Shown: positions 10,172 through 18,710 of the stretch, one piece after another
Position numbering within the stretch: the first letter of the stretch is position 1
How the letters are laid out: each line of letters opens with the position of its first letter
NCBI GenBank assembly: GCA_965223665.1
Contig: OZ245011.1
Location: 3,328,001-3,392,000 of the forward strand
DNA length: 64,000 bases
Direction: 5' to 3'
Source of the DNA: Nitrospinaceae bacterium
GTDB taxonomy: Bacteria > Nitrospinota > Nitrospinia > Nitrospinales > Nitrospinaceae
Position numbers and translations under genes: made by a program
The notes under the pieces: generated by a model
Told to the model about the DNA's origin: nothing
Database searches by the model: none
The model's input: only the letters and a program-made list of their open reading frames with translations

Positions 10172-10272
10172 AAAAACTACCTCCTATATTTCCTAAGTAA
10201 TTTTATTTACTATTATATCAGACTAAATGAATCCTTGGTTTTGACTTGATCAATATTGGTTAGAGAAAATAA

Positions 10273-10848
10273 TTGTATAAAGACTTTCTAAGTTTAGTAG
10301 CTATTGCGCTTACCTTCATGGCATTCTTTCCTTATATAAGTTCCATTAGACGAGGGGTCACTAAACCCCATGTGTTTTCTTGGATTATATGGGGGGCAAC
10401 TACATTTATTGTATTTCTCGCGCAGCTTTCAGATAAAGGGGGTGTTGGAGCGTGGCCAATTGGGTTTTCTGGAATAATTTCCATCTATGTTGCAGTATTA
10501 GCATATAAAAAACAATCAGACAGTTCAATTACACGGACGGATTTGATTTTATTTATTTTTGCAATGACCTCATTGCCTCTTTGGTATTTGACGTCGGATC
10601 CTTTTTGGGCTGTGGTTATTTTGACCCTAATTGATCTCGTAGGATTTGGTCCAACTTTTCGTAAATCTTATCAAAACCCCTTTGAAGAACAATTGAAATT
10701 TTTTGTGTTAATGGCATTGCGTAATGTTATTTCCATAATGGCATTGGAAAATATTTCACCTACAACTCTTATATTTCCTGGAACCATGGCAGTAGTCTGT
10801 CTAATATTTATTGTAATGGTTATTTATAGAAGGCGAATTCCTGTTTAA
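10273..10848 (+). CDS. Conserved multi-pass membrane protein (PQ-loop-like)
   Basis: About 7 hydrophobic segments with an internal two-fold pattern (FFPYI...TKP; FGPTFRKSYQNP..E). Confidence 0.6.
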   Translation: MYKDFLSLVAIALTFMAFFPYISSIRRGVTKPHVFSWIIWGATTFIVFLAQLSDKGGVGAWPIGFSGIISIYVAVLAYKKQSDSSITRTDLILFIFAMTSLPLWYLTSDPFWAVVILTLIDLVGFGPTFRKSYQNPFEEQLKFFVLMALRNVISIMALENISPTTLIFPGTMAVVCLIFIVMVIYRRRIPV

Positions 10849-10889
10849 TATGGAAAGAATAATTAATACTTTTCAAGGAATTCAAGTGT

Positions 10890-10919
10890 TTGACCCTCTT
10901 GGGAGCCCTGTGCTAGAAT
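10890..10919 (+). promoter_or_regulatory. Sigma70-type promoter of the dap operon
   Basis: TTGACC-N18-TAGAAT with extended -10 TG. Confidence 0.55.
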
Positions 10920-10995
10920 CGACCCTTCGTTTAGGCGAATCCTATCCGGCCAAGTATCATCCAAATAAGAAATATAATATTTTCAGGGAAATCCA

Positions 10996-11817
10996 GTGAA
11001 CATACCTTTTACCAAAATGAGTGGTAGCGGTAACGATTTCGTAATTATCGACAATCGTGCTGCTGTAATAGATTCTTCAATTAAAAGAGACTTTGTACAG
11101 AAAGTTTGTCGGCAAAAAGTATCTGTGGGTGCAGATGGAGTTATTTTTTTAGAAGAATCTGAGAATGCAGATTACAAGTGGGATTTTTATAATAATGATG
11201 GCAGTTCAGCAGAAATGTGTGGCAATGGAGGCCGCTGTGTGGCGCGTTACGCATTTGAAAATTCTATTGCTCCACAAAAACATTCTTTTGAAACGGTGGC
11301 TGGAATCATCTCTGCAGAAGTTAATGGTCCTGTGGTGAAAGTAAAGTTGACTCCCCCTCATGATTTGCAAAGAGATTTAGAAGTTTCATTTGATGGAATG
11401 TCGTACAAAGTAGATAGCGTAAATACTGGTGTTCCACATGCGATTGTATTTTCTACTGATGTGGAAAGTGAAGATGTTGACAAAATTGGTCGTGGTATTC
11501 GTTATCACTCAGTTTTTTCCCCATCTGGGACCAATGTGGATTTAGTGGAAAAAAAAGATGGCAGTTCTTTAAAAGTAAGGACATATGAAAGAGGGGTCGA
11601 AGGAGAAACTTTAGCTTGTGGAACTGGAGTCGTTGCCTCTGCACTTCTAGCGGCAAAGCGTTTTGAAATTGATTCGCCCATTAGTGTGGAAACTCGTGGG
11701 GGCGAATCATTAAAAGTTTATATTGAACCTTCTTCCAATGGTGAGGGAGATTCTCCTTCCGTTTTTTTAGAGGGTCTAACTAAAGTTACTTTTGAAGGTC
11801 AAATTAAAGAATTATAA
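10996..11817 (+). CDS. dapF: Diaminopimelate epimerase
   Basis: GSGNDF, AEMCGNG, NTGVPH, ERGVEGETLACGTG. Confidence 0.97.
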   Translation: MNIPFTKMSGSGNDFVIIDNRAAVIDSSIKRDFVQKVCRQKVSVGADGVIFLEESENADYKWDFYNNDGSSAEMCGNGGRCVARYAFENSIAPQKHSFETVAGIISAEVNGPVVKVKLTPPHDLQRDLEVSFDGMSYKVDSVNTGVPHAIVFSTDVESEDVDKIGRGIRYHSVFSPSGTNVDLVEKKDGSSLKVRTYERGVEGETLACGTGVVASALLAAKRFEIDSPISVETRGGESLKVYIEPSSNGEGDSPSVFLEGLTKVTFEGQIKEL

Positions 11818-11845
11818 TTACCATTTAGAGGAATAACTTAGCCAT

Positions 11846-12721
11846 ATGTTTGAAGGATCTTTTGTAGCGATAGTCACTCCATTTAAAAATGGTAAATTAG
11901 ATGAGCCGTCTTTTCGAAACCTGTTAAAGTTTCATATAGAAAATGGGACTGACGGGATTGTTCCTTGTGGAACTACGGGTGAGTCTGCTACTTTGACGCA
12001 TGAAGAACACCATCAAGTTATTTCAATTGCCGTTGAAGAATGTAAGGGAAAAATTCCTGTGCTAGCTGGGACTGGGTCAAATTCTACCAAGGAGGCGATC
12101 GAACTCACTCAGCATGCGGAAAAGGCTGGGGCTGATGGTGCTCTATTGATAACGCCTTATTACAATAAACCTTCACAGGAAGGTTTGTATCAACATTTTT
12201 TGGCTGTGGCAAAGGAAACCAGCCTACCCATTATTTTGTATAATGTCCCTGGTCGAACCTCTGTGAACATGCTTCCTTCCACAGTGGGTCGATTGGCTAA
12301 GGATCGAAAAAATATTGTTGGTATTAAAGAAGCCTCTGGTTCCTTGGGACAAATTAGTGAAGTGATAGCTTTGTGTGGGGGTGATTTTTCTCTACTTTCT
12401 GGTGATGATGCTTTATTGTGGCCTATTTTGGCAGTGGGTGGGAAGGGTGTTATTTCTGTATCCGCCAATGTAGTTCCTGGTAAGGTCTCAGATTTATGTA
12501 AAAAGGCTAAAAACAATCAAAACGATGACGCCCGTAAATTACACTATCAGTTGATGCATTTAAACAATATCATGTTTATTGATACCAACCCGGTCCCTGT
12601 AAAAGCCGCACTTTCTTTAATGGGGATGATTTCTGCTGAACTTCGTCCTCCTTTGACTGAGTTATCTGAAGAGCATCTCAAAATCCTAAGATCCACTCTG
12701 AAAGAATACGCTTTACTTTAG
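11846..12721 (+). CDS. dapA: 4-hydroxy-tetrahydrodipicolinate synthase
   Basis: GTTGES, PYYNKP, LYNVPGRT, GIKEAS. Confidence 0.97.
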   Translation: MFEGSFVAIVTPFKNGKLDEPSFRNLLKFHIENGTDGIVPCGTTGESATLTHEEHHQVISIAVEECKGKIPVLAGTGSNSTKEAIELTQHAEKAGADGALLITPYYNKPSQEGLYQHFLAVAKETSLPIILYNVPGRTSVNMLPSTVGRLAKDRKNIVGIKEASGSLGQISEVIALCGGDFSLLSGDDALLWPILAVGGKGVISVSANVVPGKVSDLCKKAKNNQNDDARKLHYQLMHLNNIMFIDTNPVPVKAALSLMGMISAELRPPLTELSEEHLKILRSTLKEYALL

Positions 12722-12812
12722 TCGACTTTTCATCTTCAATAATAAAAATTTCTTAAAATGTATTGATTTCAATTTTTAATGTCCTGAAGTTAATTAATAA
12801 GGAGGTTGAGTT

Positions 12813-13619
12813 TTGTTAAGAATAGGTGTGATTGGTGCGGCAGGGCGCATGGGTAGGACCATCGTTTCATGTATTGAGGATACGCCGGATGCAGATATTG
12901 GGTGTGGAACAGAAATGGCTGGTAATCCTTTTTTGGGGCAAGATGTGGGAGAATTAGCTGGTTTTGGAAAAAAAAATGTTTTAGTTACTGAGGATTTAGG
13001 TAAAGCAATCAATACTTGTGATGCAATTATTGATTTTACCACTCCTGAATCGAGCATGAATACCCTCCGTGTGGTGAAGGAGCATAATAAATCTGTAGTT
13101 TTTGGAACAACCGGATTTTCTGATAAGCAAAGATCTGAAATTTCTGAGGCTACTCAATCCATTCGATGTGTTTTGGCTCCCAACATGAGTATTGGTGTTA
13201 ATGTTCTATTTAAAATAGTTGGAGATGTGGCAAAAATATTAGGAGATGCGTATGATGTTGAAATAGTGGAAGCACATCATAAATTTAAAAAGGACGCTCC
13301 TAGTGGAACTGCTGTGCGAATTTCTGAAATTATTGCCGAGAGCTTAAAACGGGATTTAAGTGAGGTAGGGGTTTATGGACGTCATGGTTTTAGTGAAGGC
13401 CGAGGTGACAAAGATATTGGAGTGCATACAGTTCGTGCAGGGGATATAGTGGGAGAGCATCGAGTCATGTTTGGGGGAATGGGTGAAACATTGGAAGTGT
13501 TCCACAGAGCCCAAAGCCGACAAACATTTGCTCGTGGAGCCGTACGTGCCGCGCAATGGATTATTCACCAACCGCCGGGTTTATATGATATGCAAGATGT
13601 ATTAGGTTTGAGAGATTAA
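12813..13619 (+). CDS. dapB: 4-hydroxy-tetrahydrodipicolinate reductase
   Basis: GAAGRMG, IDFT, GTTG, EAHHKFKKDAPSGTA. Confidence 0.97.
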   Translation: MLRIGVIGAAGRMGRTIVSCIEDTPDADIGCGTEMAGNPFLGQDVGELAGFGKKNVLVTEDLGKAINTCDAIIDFTTPESSMNTLRVVKEHNKSVVFGTTGFSDKQRSEISEATQSIRCVLAPNMSIGVNVLFKIVGDVAKILGDAYDVEIVEAHHKFKKDAPSGTAVRISEIIAESLKRDLSEVGVYGRHGFSEGRGDKDIGVHTVRAGDIVGEHRVMFGGMGETLEVFHRAQSRQTFARGAVRAAQWIIHQPPGLYDMQDVLGLRD

Positions 13620-13621
13620 TT

Positions 13622-14389
13622 ATGGGTTTTTGGAAATCAAATTGGAATCGCCGATTTTTTTTGAAAGCGTCTTCTTTATCTTTGGCAAGTTTTTTGTTTC
13701 CAAAGAAAGGTGGGGGAACAGTTAATTTTCAAAATAATAAAAATATACCTTCCAACTATATACAAAACCGCGACACCCCGGGATTCTATATTCGAAGTGC
13801 AAACCCTTTTTTAGGAGTTGATATTAATAAATGGTCTTTGGGAATTAAGGGGATTGTGAAACAGCCTTTAACTTTGGGTTATGAAGATTTATTTGGATTT
13901 CCCAGAGTTTCTCAAGTATCGCGGTTAAAATGTGTGGAATGTTGGTCTGCCAAGGCGGAGTGGGAAGGATTTCGTTTCCAAGAGATTGTAAAGCGGGTGC
14001 AACCGGACCCAAAGGCTAAATATGTAACTTTTCAATCTGCTGACTCTTATTATGAAAGTTTTCTTTTGGAAGAGTTGTTGAGACCCAGAGTTTTATTTGT
14101 ATTGCGAATGAATGGAAAGCCTCTATCAAAAGATCATGGGTTTCCTTTAAGGCTTATTGCTCCTTTTAAGTATGGATACAAAAATGTTAAATATATTACA
14201 AGTATAGAGTTTTCAGAAAAACGTAGCCGAAATTATTGGGCAGACTATGGACCTTATTCAGTGGATGGAACGATTCAACCGGGAATTGATCATCCTCTGG
14301 ATTATAAGAAAAAACCCTTACCTATTAATGGAGGAGAGGTCTTCCATTTTTTCGATAAACGCCCTCCCAAATCTCCAAATGGCATATGA
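13622..14389 (+). CDS. Tat-exported molybdopterin-dependent oxidoreductase (sulfite oxidase/MsrP-YedY family)
   Basis: NRRFFLK twin-arginine motif; LKCVECWSAKAEWEG; HGFPLRLIAPFKYGYKNVK. Confidence 0.85.
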   Translation: MGFWKSNWNRRFFLKASSLSLASFLFPKKGGGTVNFQNNKNIPSNYIQNRDTPGFYIRSANPFLGVDINKWSLGIKGIVKQPLTLGYEDLFGFPRVSQVSRLKCVECWSAKAEWEGFRFQEIVKRVQPDPKAKYVTFQSADSYYESFLLEELLRPRVLFVLRMNGKPLSKDHGFPLRLIAPFKYGYKNVKYITSIEFSEKRSRNYWADYGPYSVDGTIQPGIDHPLDYKKKPLPINGGEVFHFFDKRPPKSPNGI

Positions 14390-15111
14390 ATCCATGGCGA
14401 AAACTATTTTCGTTAATCGTTTTTTTATTTTTTTGTTCCTGTTCTGATAACTCAGTCGAACAAATTTCTGTAAAAATTCCCCCTAACTTAAAAGTTCCTG
14501 AAGAAATGGTTTACATTCCTGAAGGCGAATTTGTATATGGTCATCCTAGCGATCCTAAAACAAGTTTAGGAAAAAAAGTTCATTTGCCAGCTTACTTCAT
14601 TGACAAGTTTGAAGTGACCCGTGGAGATTATCAAACAGCAAACACAAAGTATTGGGTCACTCCGGGCAAGGAACTTTTCCCAGTAAATTTAGTTAGCTTT
14701 TTAGAAGCGAGTACTTATTGCCAATCTTTGGGTAAACGGTTGCCGACAGAAAAAGAATGGGAAAAGGCGGCTCGAGGGATAGATGCCAGAAAATGGCCTT
14801 GGAAGCAGTTTCAAGAGCATCCTAATAATGGATTTTCAGGATTTATTCCTGAACCGGTGGATAAAAGGGATGATTGGATCAGCCCATATGGTATTTATGG
14901 AATGGGACATAATGTTTGGGAATGGACTGTGGATGATTATGATTTTAATGGGATGCCAGGAACTGAAAAAGGTAAATATAAAGTCATCCGTGGAGGGCTT
15001 TTTCAATCCCACTTAACAATAAAATTCTCTGCGACTTGGGCTAGAAATTATATGGAACCGCAAGCACGTTATAATTTTTTGGGATTTAGATGTGCTAAGG
15101 ATCTTGATTGA
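14386..15111 (+). CDS. FGE-sulfatase (SUMF1/PvdO-like) domain lipoprotein
   Basis: IDKFEVT, KRLPTEKEWEKAARG, NVWEW, GFRC; signal peptide with Cys; ATGA overlap with the upstream gene. Confidence 0.85.
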   Translation: MNPWRKLFSLIVFLFFCSCSDNSVEQISVKIPPNLKVPEEMVYIPEGEFVYGHPSDPKTSLGKKVHLPAYFIDKFEVTRGDYQTANTKYWVTPGKELFPVNLVSFLEASTYCQSLGKRLPTEKEWEKAARGIDARKWPWKQFQEHPNNGFSGFIPEPVDKRDDWISPYGIYGMGHNVWEWTVDDYDFNGMPGTEKGKYKVIRGGLFQSHLTIKFSATWARNYMEPQARYNFLGFRCAKDLD

Positions 15112-15191
15112 GGAAAAAATCTTTGTAAACTTTCTATCAGATGCTTTTTAGAAAGAACTCACTGTCATTATTTCTTTTTAAAAATTCCAAT

Positions 15192-15225
15192 AAAAAAAGG
15201 GCTGCCAAAACATTTGGCAGCCCTT
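15192..15225 (-). terminator. Intrinsic terminator
   Basis: Perfect inverted repeat AAGGGCTGCCAAA/TTTGGCAGCCCTT followed by T7 on the minus strand. Confidence 0.85.
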
Positions 15226-15255
15226 AGAAAACTATGGAACCTCCGGGAAACTGAA

Positions 15256-15300
15256 TTAACAATTTCCTACGGAGGTTCCAAGTCTACAATCGCTAGACAA
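15256..15300 (-). CDS. Putative 14-aa peptide MSSDCRLGTSVGNC
   Basis: TTG start 7 nt after the GGAGG core of an extended Shine-Dalgarno; TAA at 15256-15258. Confidence 0.35.
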   Translation of the reverse strand: MSSDCRLGTSVGNC

Positions 15301-15596
15301 TGGATCACCTCCTTTCATCCAGGGGGTGAACATCCGCGCCGAGACTCCCCTGGCGCCCCAAACGCTTCACTATAATTAGCTATAGATTGTACTATTTTTT
15401 TGAAAAAGTCAAAATGGAAAATTTAGCCAGGTGGCCCATTGGATCTAGTGAGATATCTATTTGATTTCTATCGAGAACTAACAAATTAAATCTTAATGTT
15501 GCGGTGTGATTTTTCCAAATTTTGGTGTTTTTTGTAGAGCAAATTTTTTATTAATTGGATCCTTTAGTTTTTTGCAATTTCCCCAAAAATTGAATT

Positions 15597-15893
15597 TTAA
15601 TAAATCTTCTTGTTTTTTCTTTTTTTGTAAAAAGCTTTTTGACATTCGGCTGAACAATATTTTGCGGCACGATGTCTGGGATGAAATTCCTTTTCACAAA
15701 CCACACAGAACTTGTTATAAAATTTTTGTTTGGGTTGTCTGGGTTTAGCATCTCGCATTTTGGTAATCGTGCGTAAACCTTTTATCGTAGATTTTTGTTG
15801 GAGGAAATTTAGTTTTTCTTTTTCCAGGTCTCTATACTTTAAAACTTTTTTTAATTTGCCGTTTTTATCATAGACTTTACACTCATAAATCAT
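15597..15893 (-). CDS. Small basic zinc-finger-like protein
   Basis: CVVC-x11-CSAEC motif, very Lys/Arg-rich, GGTGA SD-like element 7 nt upstream. Confidence 0.7.
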   Translation of the reverse strand: MIYECKVYDKNGKLKKVLKYRDLEKEKLNFLQQKSTIKGLRTITKMRDAKPRQPKQKFYNKFCVVCEKEFHPRHRAAKYCSAECQKAFYKKRKNKKIY

Positions 15894-15963
15894 TAAATTG
15901 TCACCAGATATTCGGGTTAATAATTTTATTTCTTTAACCCTCCTCTCTAAATTTCTAAGCTAA

Positions 15964-16037
15964 GTCCGGCTATCCAGTTTGCGCCTGAAATGGGTTTTTA
16001 ATTTCACTGGAAAGCTCCCCAGAGCCTTTCGCCGGAC
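15964..16037 (-). ncRNA. Candidate multi-stem cis-regulatory RNA upstream of the zinc-finger gene
   Basis: GTCCGGC/GCCGGAC closing stem enclosing GAAAGGCTC/GAGCTTTC, TCCAGT/ACTGGA and TGAAAT/ATTTCA. Confidence 0.4.
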
Positions 16038-16184
16038 CATTGCCTACTTTAGTTATCTACTTTTTATTCTCCAAAAAAAATTTTAAATGCCTAAATAGTC
16101 ATATTTTTGTATTTTGAACGATGTTTTCTATAGCCCTCTCTTTAAAGATATTATATGGTATAAAAATTCATAAAATCAAATTTT

Positions 16185-16241
16185 TTGTCTAAAAAACTTG
16201 AAAAAATTTTAAAATTGTCTAAAATTTAATTGTTTGTCTAA
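16185..16241 (+). promoter_or_regulatory. Direct-repeat operator candidate upstream of the CarH-like gene
   Basis: TTGTCTAA at 16185, 16215 and 16234. Confidence 0.45.
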
Positions 16242-16291
16242 CTATTGATTTGTAGGCAAGGTTTTGGGTTTTATTTAGTGGACTGAGAAAA

Positions 16292-17248
16292 TTGGAAAAA
16301 GAATTAACAAGAGAAAATGATTTAGAGCTTCCTATTCGCGAGTTTTCTCGAATTACTGGAGTGAGCCCTCATACTTTACGCATTTGGGAGCGTCGCTACG
16401 GTGTTCCTAAAACAAGGAGACTGCCTTCCGGACATCGTAGGTATTTAAGAGAGGAAATTCCCCGGATAAAAGCTGTTGCTTGTGCTTTAGACGCTGGGTA
16501 CCGTCCGGGAAAAATAATTCACGCCTCCCTTCAAGAATTAGAAGATTTAATTAATGTTTCTTCGTTAATTCATTCGGTCAAAAAGCCTGCGGTTGATTCA
16601 AACAGAATAAGGGACTTTAGTATTCTCGATAAATGGATGAATGCGGTTCGAAAATATAATGAAGATTTATTGAGTCAAGAGTTTCATTATCAATGGCAAA
16701 AGATGGGGCCACTAAATTTTGTTCAGGATTGTATAACTCCTTTTATCTACCGTGTGGGTCTTGAGTGGGAAACTGGGGAATTATCTATTTCGCAGGAGCA
16801 TTTTGTTTCTGCCAGGCTCGGGGATTTTTTGGGAACCATGTGGCGAAAACTCAATGAAAGAAACCAGGGACCTGTGTGTGTGTTGGCGAATTTGCCTGAT
16901 GAGCCTCATTCATTGGGTTTGCAAATGGCCGCAGTTTTAGCGGCTTTAAATCAAAAAAAAGTAGTTTTTTTAGGAAGAGATACTCCTGTTGAGGATATTA
17001 TTTTCGCCGTTGAACAATGTAATGCTGAACTTTTAGGAATTAGCATTTCATGTATTTATGATGCCAAAACGGCACGAATCCAGCTAAAAAAACTACGGCA
17101 AAAAATTTCTCAGGATTGCAATATAATTGTCGGTGGGGAAGGTGCTCAGTGTCCAATTCCAGGGATTTTAAAAATGCAAAATTTATCCGAGTTTTTTAAC
17201 TGGCTTCAAGAGACTGGTAAAACAGGGGAGAAGGCTTATGAAAACTAA
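16292..17248 (+). CDS. MerR-family cobalamin-binding regulator (CarH/LitR-like)
   Basis: RIWERRYG and GHRRY in the HTH; W-x9-EH (WETGELSISQEH) and E-x-H-x2-G (EPHSLG) B12 motifs; VGG. Confidence 0.9.
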   Translation: MEKELTRENDLELPIREFSRITGVSPHTLRIWERRYGVPKTRRLPSGHRRYLREEIPRIKAVACALDAGYRPGKIIHASLQELEDLINVSSLIHSVKKPAVDSNRIRDFSILDKWMNAVRKYNEDLLSQEFHYQWQKMGPLNFVQDCITPFIYRVGLEWETGELSISQEHFVSARLGDFLGTMWRKLNERNQGPVCVLANLPDEPHSLGLQMAAVLAALNQKKVVFLGRDTPVEDIIFAVEQCNAELLGISISCIYDAKTARIQLKKLRQKISQDCNIIVGGEGAQCPIPGILKMQNLSEFFNWLQETGKTGEKAYEN

Positions 17249-17801
17249 AAACATTTTTTCCTTTTTGGTATTTGTGACTATTGGGTTTTTGTTTGTAAAT
17301 AATTTGAATGCGAACGAATCTGTCAATCGAAAGCAGGTTTTGGAGGTGGGTAAAATGCTTCCCAATGCTACTTTGTCCCAGTACCAAAAACCTGATATTC
17401 GATTAGATGATCTTAAAGGTTTTGTGAAAATTCTTAGCATTGTTCCCCAACTCAATACCCCTGTTTGTGATGAACAAACCCATCGTTTTAGTGAAACGAA
17501 CGGCGGGTTAGATCAGCATGTAAAAATTATTACCATCAGTACGAATTCTGCCGTTGGGCAATTTCGCTTTGCGCAAAAAGCTAAAATTAAAAATATTCTA
17601 TTTTTATCTGATCGTCCCCAATTTGATTTTGGTAGACAAACCGGGTTGCTCAATAGTGATTTTGGATTTTTAAGACGTACAGTTATGGTTGTTGATGAGG
17701 ATAATGTGATTCAGTATGTGGATTTTGTCCCGGGGGGTGGACTTCCCCAAATTAAAAAAGCTCTCAAAGCCGCTAAGCGAATTATTGAGAAGAATTCCTA
17801 A
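17238..17801 (+). CDS. Exported Tpx-like peroxiredoxin (single Cys)
   Basis: VPQLNTPVCDEQ (PxxxTxxC), LRRTVMVVD; N-terminal signal peptide; 11-nt overlap with the regulator. Confidence 0.8.
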   Translation: MKTKNIFSFLVFVTIGFLFVNNLNANESVNRKQVLEVGKMLPNATLSQYQKPDIRLDDLKGFVKILSIVPQLNTPVCDEQTHRFSETNGGLDQHVKIITISTNSAVGQFRFAQKAKIKNILFLSDRPQFDFGRQTGLLNSDFGFLRRTVMVVDEDNVIQYVDFVPGGGLPQIKKALKAAKRIIEKNS

Positions 17802-17984
17802 GTTGTTTTTTGATTTTTTCCTCTAAATTTATGTCCTGGGTTCTACTTTTAAGTTTGAAGCTATAATTTTCTTTCCGCTTCTTCCCCTTGTTTTACTAAT
17901 TATCCTTCATATTAGGCTTGTTAAGTCCTTAGCTCGTCCTTTATCGAACTTGTGAAATTTCTGATATTTTCCTTTTAATATTTA

Positions 17985-18014
17985 TTGACTTTTCGCCTTT
18001 TTTTCGTCTATGAT
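17985..18014 (+). promoter_or_regulatory. lexA promoter with candidate direct-repeat SOS box in the spacer
   Basis: TTGACT-N18-TATGAT; TTCGC-N6-TTCGT lies between the hexamers. Confidence 0.6.
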
Positions 18015-18078
18015 GATGAAGACGTATCACCCTGAGACATTTATCAATGAACCATTGTAGTAAGAGGAGGGATGCAAT

Positions 18079-18672
18079 ATGCATCTGACCAAACGGCAAC
18101 GGGAGATTTATGAATATTTAAAAGAGCATATTCGTGAAAAGGGATATGCTCCTAGTATTATGGAAATCGGTGAGGAGTTCCATTTATCGTCTCCAGCCAC
18201 TGTCCATAAGCATTTAAGTCACTTAGAGGTTAAGGGGTTGATTCAACGTAAACATAATATGAGCCGAGCGATTGAACTCGTAGATGAAGAATCTGCAGTT
18301 CCTGAATATCATTTATTAGGACATATTGTTGCGGGTAAACCCATTGAGACGTTTGAAATGCGAGAAATGGTTTCTTTATTTCCTGCGGCACAAGATAAGA
18401 ATATTTTTGTGCTACGTGTTAAAGGGGATTCGATGATCGATGACCATATACAAGATGGGGATTTTGTTATCGTTGAAGGGCGAGAGGATGCGAATAACGG
18501 GGAAACAGTTGTTGCTTTACTCGATAATGAATGTGCAACTTTAAAGCGTTTTTATCGTGAAGGTGATCGTGTGCGGCTACAACCTGCAAACGAAGCTATG
18601 CAGCCTATTTTTATCAAACAAGGCGATCTTAAAATTCAAGGTGTGGTTATTGGTGTCATGCGTAAATTCTGA
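18079..18672 (+). CDS. lexA: SOS repressor LexA
   Basis: N-terminal wHTH (GYAPS, SPATVHKHL); AG cleavage site (IVAGKP); catalytic GDSM and ATLKRF. Confidence 0.95.
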   Translation: MHLTKRQREIYEYLKEHIREKGYAPSIMEIGEEFHLSSPATVHKHLSHLEVKGLIQRKHNMSRAIELVDEESAVPEYHLLGHIVAGKPIETFEMREMVSLFPAAQDKNIFVLRVKGDSMIDDHIQDGDFVIVEGREDANNGETVVALLDNECATLKRFYREGDRVRLQPANEAMQPIFIKQGDLKIQGVVIGVMRKF

Positions 18673-18710
18673 TGAGCGTCAGAGGTAGAAAATATTTTTG
18701 AGAAGGCTGA

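Larger units (their letters stand above)
15192..15380 (-). ncRNA. Candidate structured small RNA or small-peptide mRNA containing a 16-nt complement to the 16S rRNA 3' end
   Basis: GC-rich island with stems CCAGGGG/CCCCTGG, GTCTA/TAGAC and TGGAACCTCCG/CGGAGGTTCCA; contains GAAAGGAGGTGATCCA; ends at a strong terminator. Confidence 0.6.

Noticed and set aside
7742-15300. RiPP cluster linking the radical SAM enzyme to the 14-aa Cys peptide
   Set aside because: Separated by about 5.7 kb of unrelated genes including the dap operon, with no transporter, protease or leader-like sequence
15301-15316. 16S rRNA gene or fragment
   Set aside because: Only the terminal 16 nt match and the preceding bases do not continue helix 45. 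The terminator T-run and wobble pairs point to the opposite strand.
15964-16050. Canonical c-di-GMP-I, glycine or ZTP riboswitch call
   Set aside because: Only isolated words match and the stem order does not fit these classes; kept as an unknown structure
17945-17958. Gram-positive-type LexA box CGAAC-N4-GTTCG
   Set aside because: Only the left half-site is present
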